Positions 17,308 through 19,549 of a stretch of DNA of 19,549 bases are shown piece by piece. The notes beneath the pieces are model-generated. The model was not told the DNA's origin. It saw only the letters and a program-made list of their open reading frames with translations, and did not search any database. Source of the DNA: an uncultured Nitrospiraceae bacterium (GTDB taxonomy: Bacteria > Nitrospirota > Thermodesulfovibrionia > Thermodesulfovibrionales > UBA6898); NCBI GenBank assembly GCA_963811165.1, contig CAWEQH010000005.1, positions 1-19,549 on the forward strand, in the 5' to 3' direction. Position 1 is the stretch's first letter; the number at the start of each line of letters is the position of its first letter. Made by a program: the position numbers and the translations under genes.

Positions 17308-19191
17308 TCATCTTTCTTTTTTTAAAGGTTCAAACTTTCTTCCGCCGTGTTCGAGGAATTTACTGAAAAACTCGACATAGTGAAGCCTGAGGGAATGTAT
17401 GGTCGGTGAGAAGACCCCGAGAATGATATTCAGAAGGTGAAGCAGCCCTGCCACAAACACGCCGGTCACGACATCTCCTGTCAGACCTCCGAGGCTGTTT
17501 GCGACAAAGGCAAGGAGGACCGAGGTGAGCCCTATCGCCATGATTCTTACATAGGAGATGATATTGCCGATGCTCTTAAGCAGCTCAAGCGGCGCAAGAA
17601 GTCCTCCCGCAAAGAGGAGCAGAGGGGTAAGGAACAGTATCGCAATAATTACCGGGCGAATAAACAGGGAAGGGAAAAATCCGAAGAATGACGCGACCAC
17701 GGCCATGATGCAGAGAATTACTGCGATACTGACGAGCCTGTAGACGGCATCTTTCTTCTTTCCCCTCCTGAATGATGTGACAGCCCCGAGAGAGAGGCCG
17801 AGAAACACATGGACCACACCCACGGTCACCGCGAAACAGATCATGGGGACTATGGCTGTGCGCCGTTCGATACAGAGGGGCTCCATGCCGAAGAGCCTAT
17901 GGGGGAGGTCTCCGAAGAACTCGCCGTAAAGTATGCCGAAAAAAATCGAATAGAACGATGAGATAAAGAGTATCTTTGCGGCATCTCTCACCGTCCGTCC
18001 TTTCCCCGGCATTTTCATCAGGGCAAGAGACGTGATCCCGAGGACAAGGCCGTATCCTGCGTCACCGAGTATCATCCCGAAAAATACCGGGAAGAATATT
18101 CCGATAAAAGGCGTCGGGTCATATGACGCATAAGCGGGCAAGGGCAGAAGTCTTGTGAACAGTTCGAAGGGTTTGAAGTAGGGCGGGTTTCTCAGGACAA
18201 TCGGCACGCGGCTAAGGTCCTCCTCACACATCTCCTTTTCTTCCAGTACTACCTTGCTTCCAAACGACTCATCCAGACTTCTCCGGAGTCTCTGCAGGTC
18301 CTTCGACGGCATCCAGCCGTTTACAAAAAAACACATCCGCGTCTCAAAAGCCCAGGCCGTGGCTGTAATGAGGGACAACCTGTCCTGTGCCCATTCCCTG
18401 ACCCTGTAGTAGATCGGCAGCCACTGCCTGGACAGCCGCTCCATGTCTGAATGTATGTGCCGGACCTCTTCGGACACTTTCTCCGTCCGGTTTCTGACAT
18501 AGGCGACTTTTTCAGGGAAGGAAAGCCCGTTGAAAGAGGCCGGTAGACTCAGCTCCGGGACGTGTTCGTCACTGAGAGACTTCTTGACCTTGTCGGTGAT
18601 CTCCTTTTCCACGGCTATCAGACCGACCAGTGTCCCGTCTTCCGCGGTCCTGGTCGTGAGTTCGAATTTCCAGTCCGTGGTGCGCGAGAGCGCGTCCCTC
18701 AGGCTGTCCAGCATATCGGGTTCATGTATGGTCAGACCGATAAAATCGAGGTCGGGTGTCTCCTTCGCGCTGCCGACAAGTGAGGTGAGGGCGTTGAGGA
18801 ATATCGTGTAATGTCCGAGGTCGGCCTGCTCCTTATGCAGCGCATCGAGCCTGATGTGTAAATCTCGCAAGCCCGATATATGCCGGTCTACGGTCGCTGC
18901 GATAGAGTCTATGACCGAGCCTGGTTCGATGTAACTCTTTCTCACCTCAACCTTTGGCAGCAGGGAGATGATCTCGTCTATCTTCAGCAGGAACTCCCCG
19001 AGAAAAAGTTTTTCGAGAACGGTCTTTTTGTCCGGGTCAAAAGTCCGTATGTGCTTCTGCAGCCCTCCATCCACAAAACCTACCGCCGCCGGTTCGACAT
19101 GGAATATCCCCAACTCGCGAACAAGTTCCAAGGTGTCTTGCAACAGCGCCTTCGGTCCTACGATCTCGACCTTTGACATCCTGGCTATCAT
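17308..19191 (-). CDS. atpI: V/A-type ATPase subunit I (a)
   Basis: MSKVEIVG, YDPTPF, FFGMILGDAGYG, the essential Arg in NIISYVRIMAIGL, and HSLRLHYVEFFSKF. Confidence 0.96.
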   Translation of the reverse strand: MIARMSKVEIVGPKALLQDTLELVRELGIFHVEPAAVGFVDGGLQKHIRTFDPDKKTVLEKLFLGEFLLKIDEIISLLPKVEVRKSYIEPGSVIDSIAATVDRHISGLRDLHIRLDALHKEQADLGHYTIFLNALTSLVGSAKETPDLDFIGLTIHEPDMLDSLRDALSRTTDWKFELTTRTAEDGTLVGLIAVEKEITDKVKKSLSDEHVPELSLPASFNGLSFPEKVAYVRNRTEKVSEEVRHIHSDMERLSRQWLPIYYRVREWAQDRLSLITATAWAFETRMCFFVNGWMPSKDLQRLRRSLDESFGSKVVLEEKEMCEEDLSRVPIVLRNPPYFKPFELFTRLLPLPAYASYDPTPFIGIFFPVFFGMILGDAGYGLVLGITSLALMKMPGKGRTVRDAAKILFISSFYSIFFGILYGEFFGDLPHRLFGMEPLCIERRTAIVPMICFAVTVGVVHVFLGLSLGAVTSFRRGKKKDAVYRLVSIAVILCIMAVVASFFGFFPSLFIRPVIIAILFLTPLLLFAGGLLAPLELLKSIGNIISYVRIMAIGLTSVLLAFVANSLGGLTGDVVTGVFVAGLLHLLNIILGVFSPTIHSLRLHYVEFFSKFLEHGGRKFEPLKKER

Positions 19192-19195
19192 GCCT

Positions 19196-19510
19196 TCATT
19201 CCGGAAGGATCATGTTGAGTCTTCGTATAATGATCCTCCCGAGGGTTTCGTCACTGAGGGCCTGAAATCGCTCTGACTTGTCTTGCGCATCCTGAATGAT
19301 CTTTCCGGCCCTTGCTGCGGCCTCTGCCTTCGCCTGCTCTGCAGACCTTCTGAGTGTCTCTCTGGTCTGATCCACTTTTCTTGCAAAGTCTTCTTCTGCC
19401 TCTTTCTGTATACCTTCAAGCCACTCCCGGGCCTTGCTTTTCTCGGTTTCGAGACATGCCTGAATCTCCTTTTCTGCGGAGATCACCTTGGCCAATGCAT
19501 CGTCCTCCAT
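19196..19510 (-). CDS. V/A-type ATPase peripheral stalk subunit G/H
   Basis: 104-aa E/K/A-rich coiled coil (LAKVISAEKE...) immediately upstream of subunit I. Confidence 0.75.
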   Translation of the reverse strand: MEDDALAKVISAEKEIQACLETEKSKAREWLEGIQKEAEEDFARKVDQTRETLRRSAEQAKAEAAARAGKIIQDAQDKSERFQALSDETLGRIIIRRLNMILPE

Positions 19511-19549
19511 AGCACCATTCTATCAAATAAGGGCCCACATTATAATAGC

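Noticed and set aside
19539..19544. TATAAT on the minus strand upstream of the ATPase operon
   Set aside because: The -35 region would lie outside the window, so it cannot be supported.
1..19549. CRISPR array, tRNA/rRNA, integrase or transposase
   Set aside because: None was seen by eye. The repeats at 8799-9013 are inverted and nested, not spaced direct repeats.

Overview
Bacterial genomic window in two parts. The left ~7.4 kb (minus strand) is a defence island: a type I restriction-modification operon in the order half-size HsdS-like gene, hsdM, [own sigma70 promoter + small structured RNA + AbiD/AbiF-family HEPN RNase + 42-codon RhuM-like relic], hsdS, hsdR (hsdR runs off the window). These genes carry many single-base indels that look like long-read consensus errors. 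The right ~12 kb is cleaner. It holds a PflX-like radical SAM gene, a nested palindromic MITE/REP-like element next to a short SufB/SufD relic, a double-PilZ protein, and a sigma54-driven pair of paralogous small membrane proteins. It ends with a tandem-DUF2892 membrane protein and a complete nine-gene V/A-type ATPase operon (G/H-I-K-E-C-F-A-B-D; subunit A has one frameshift). The most interesting element is the AbiF toxin with its putative RNA antitoxin inside the RM operon: the leader can alternatively pair with the toxin's own ribosome-binding site, and the cassette is coupled gene-to-gene to hsdS and hsdR. All family calls come from motif recognition by eye; no searches were run.
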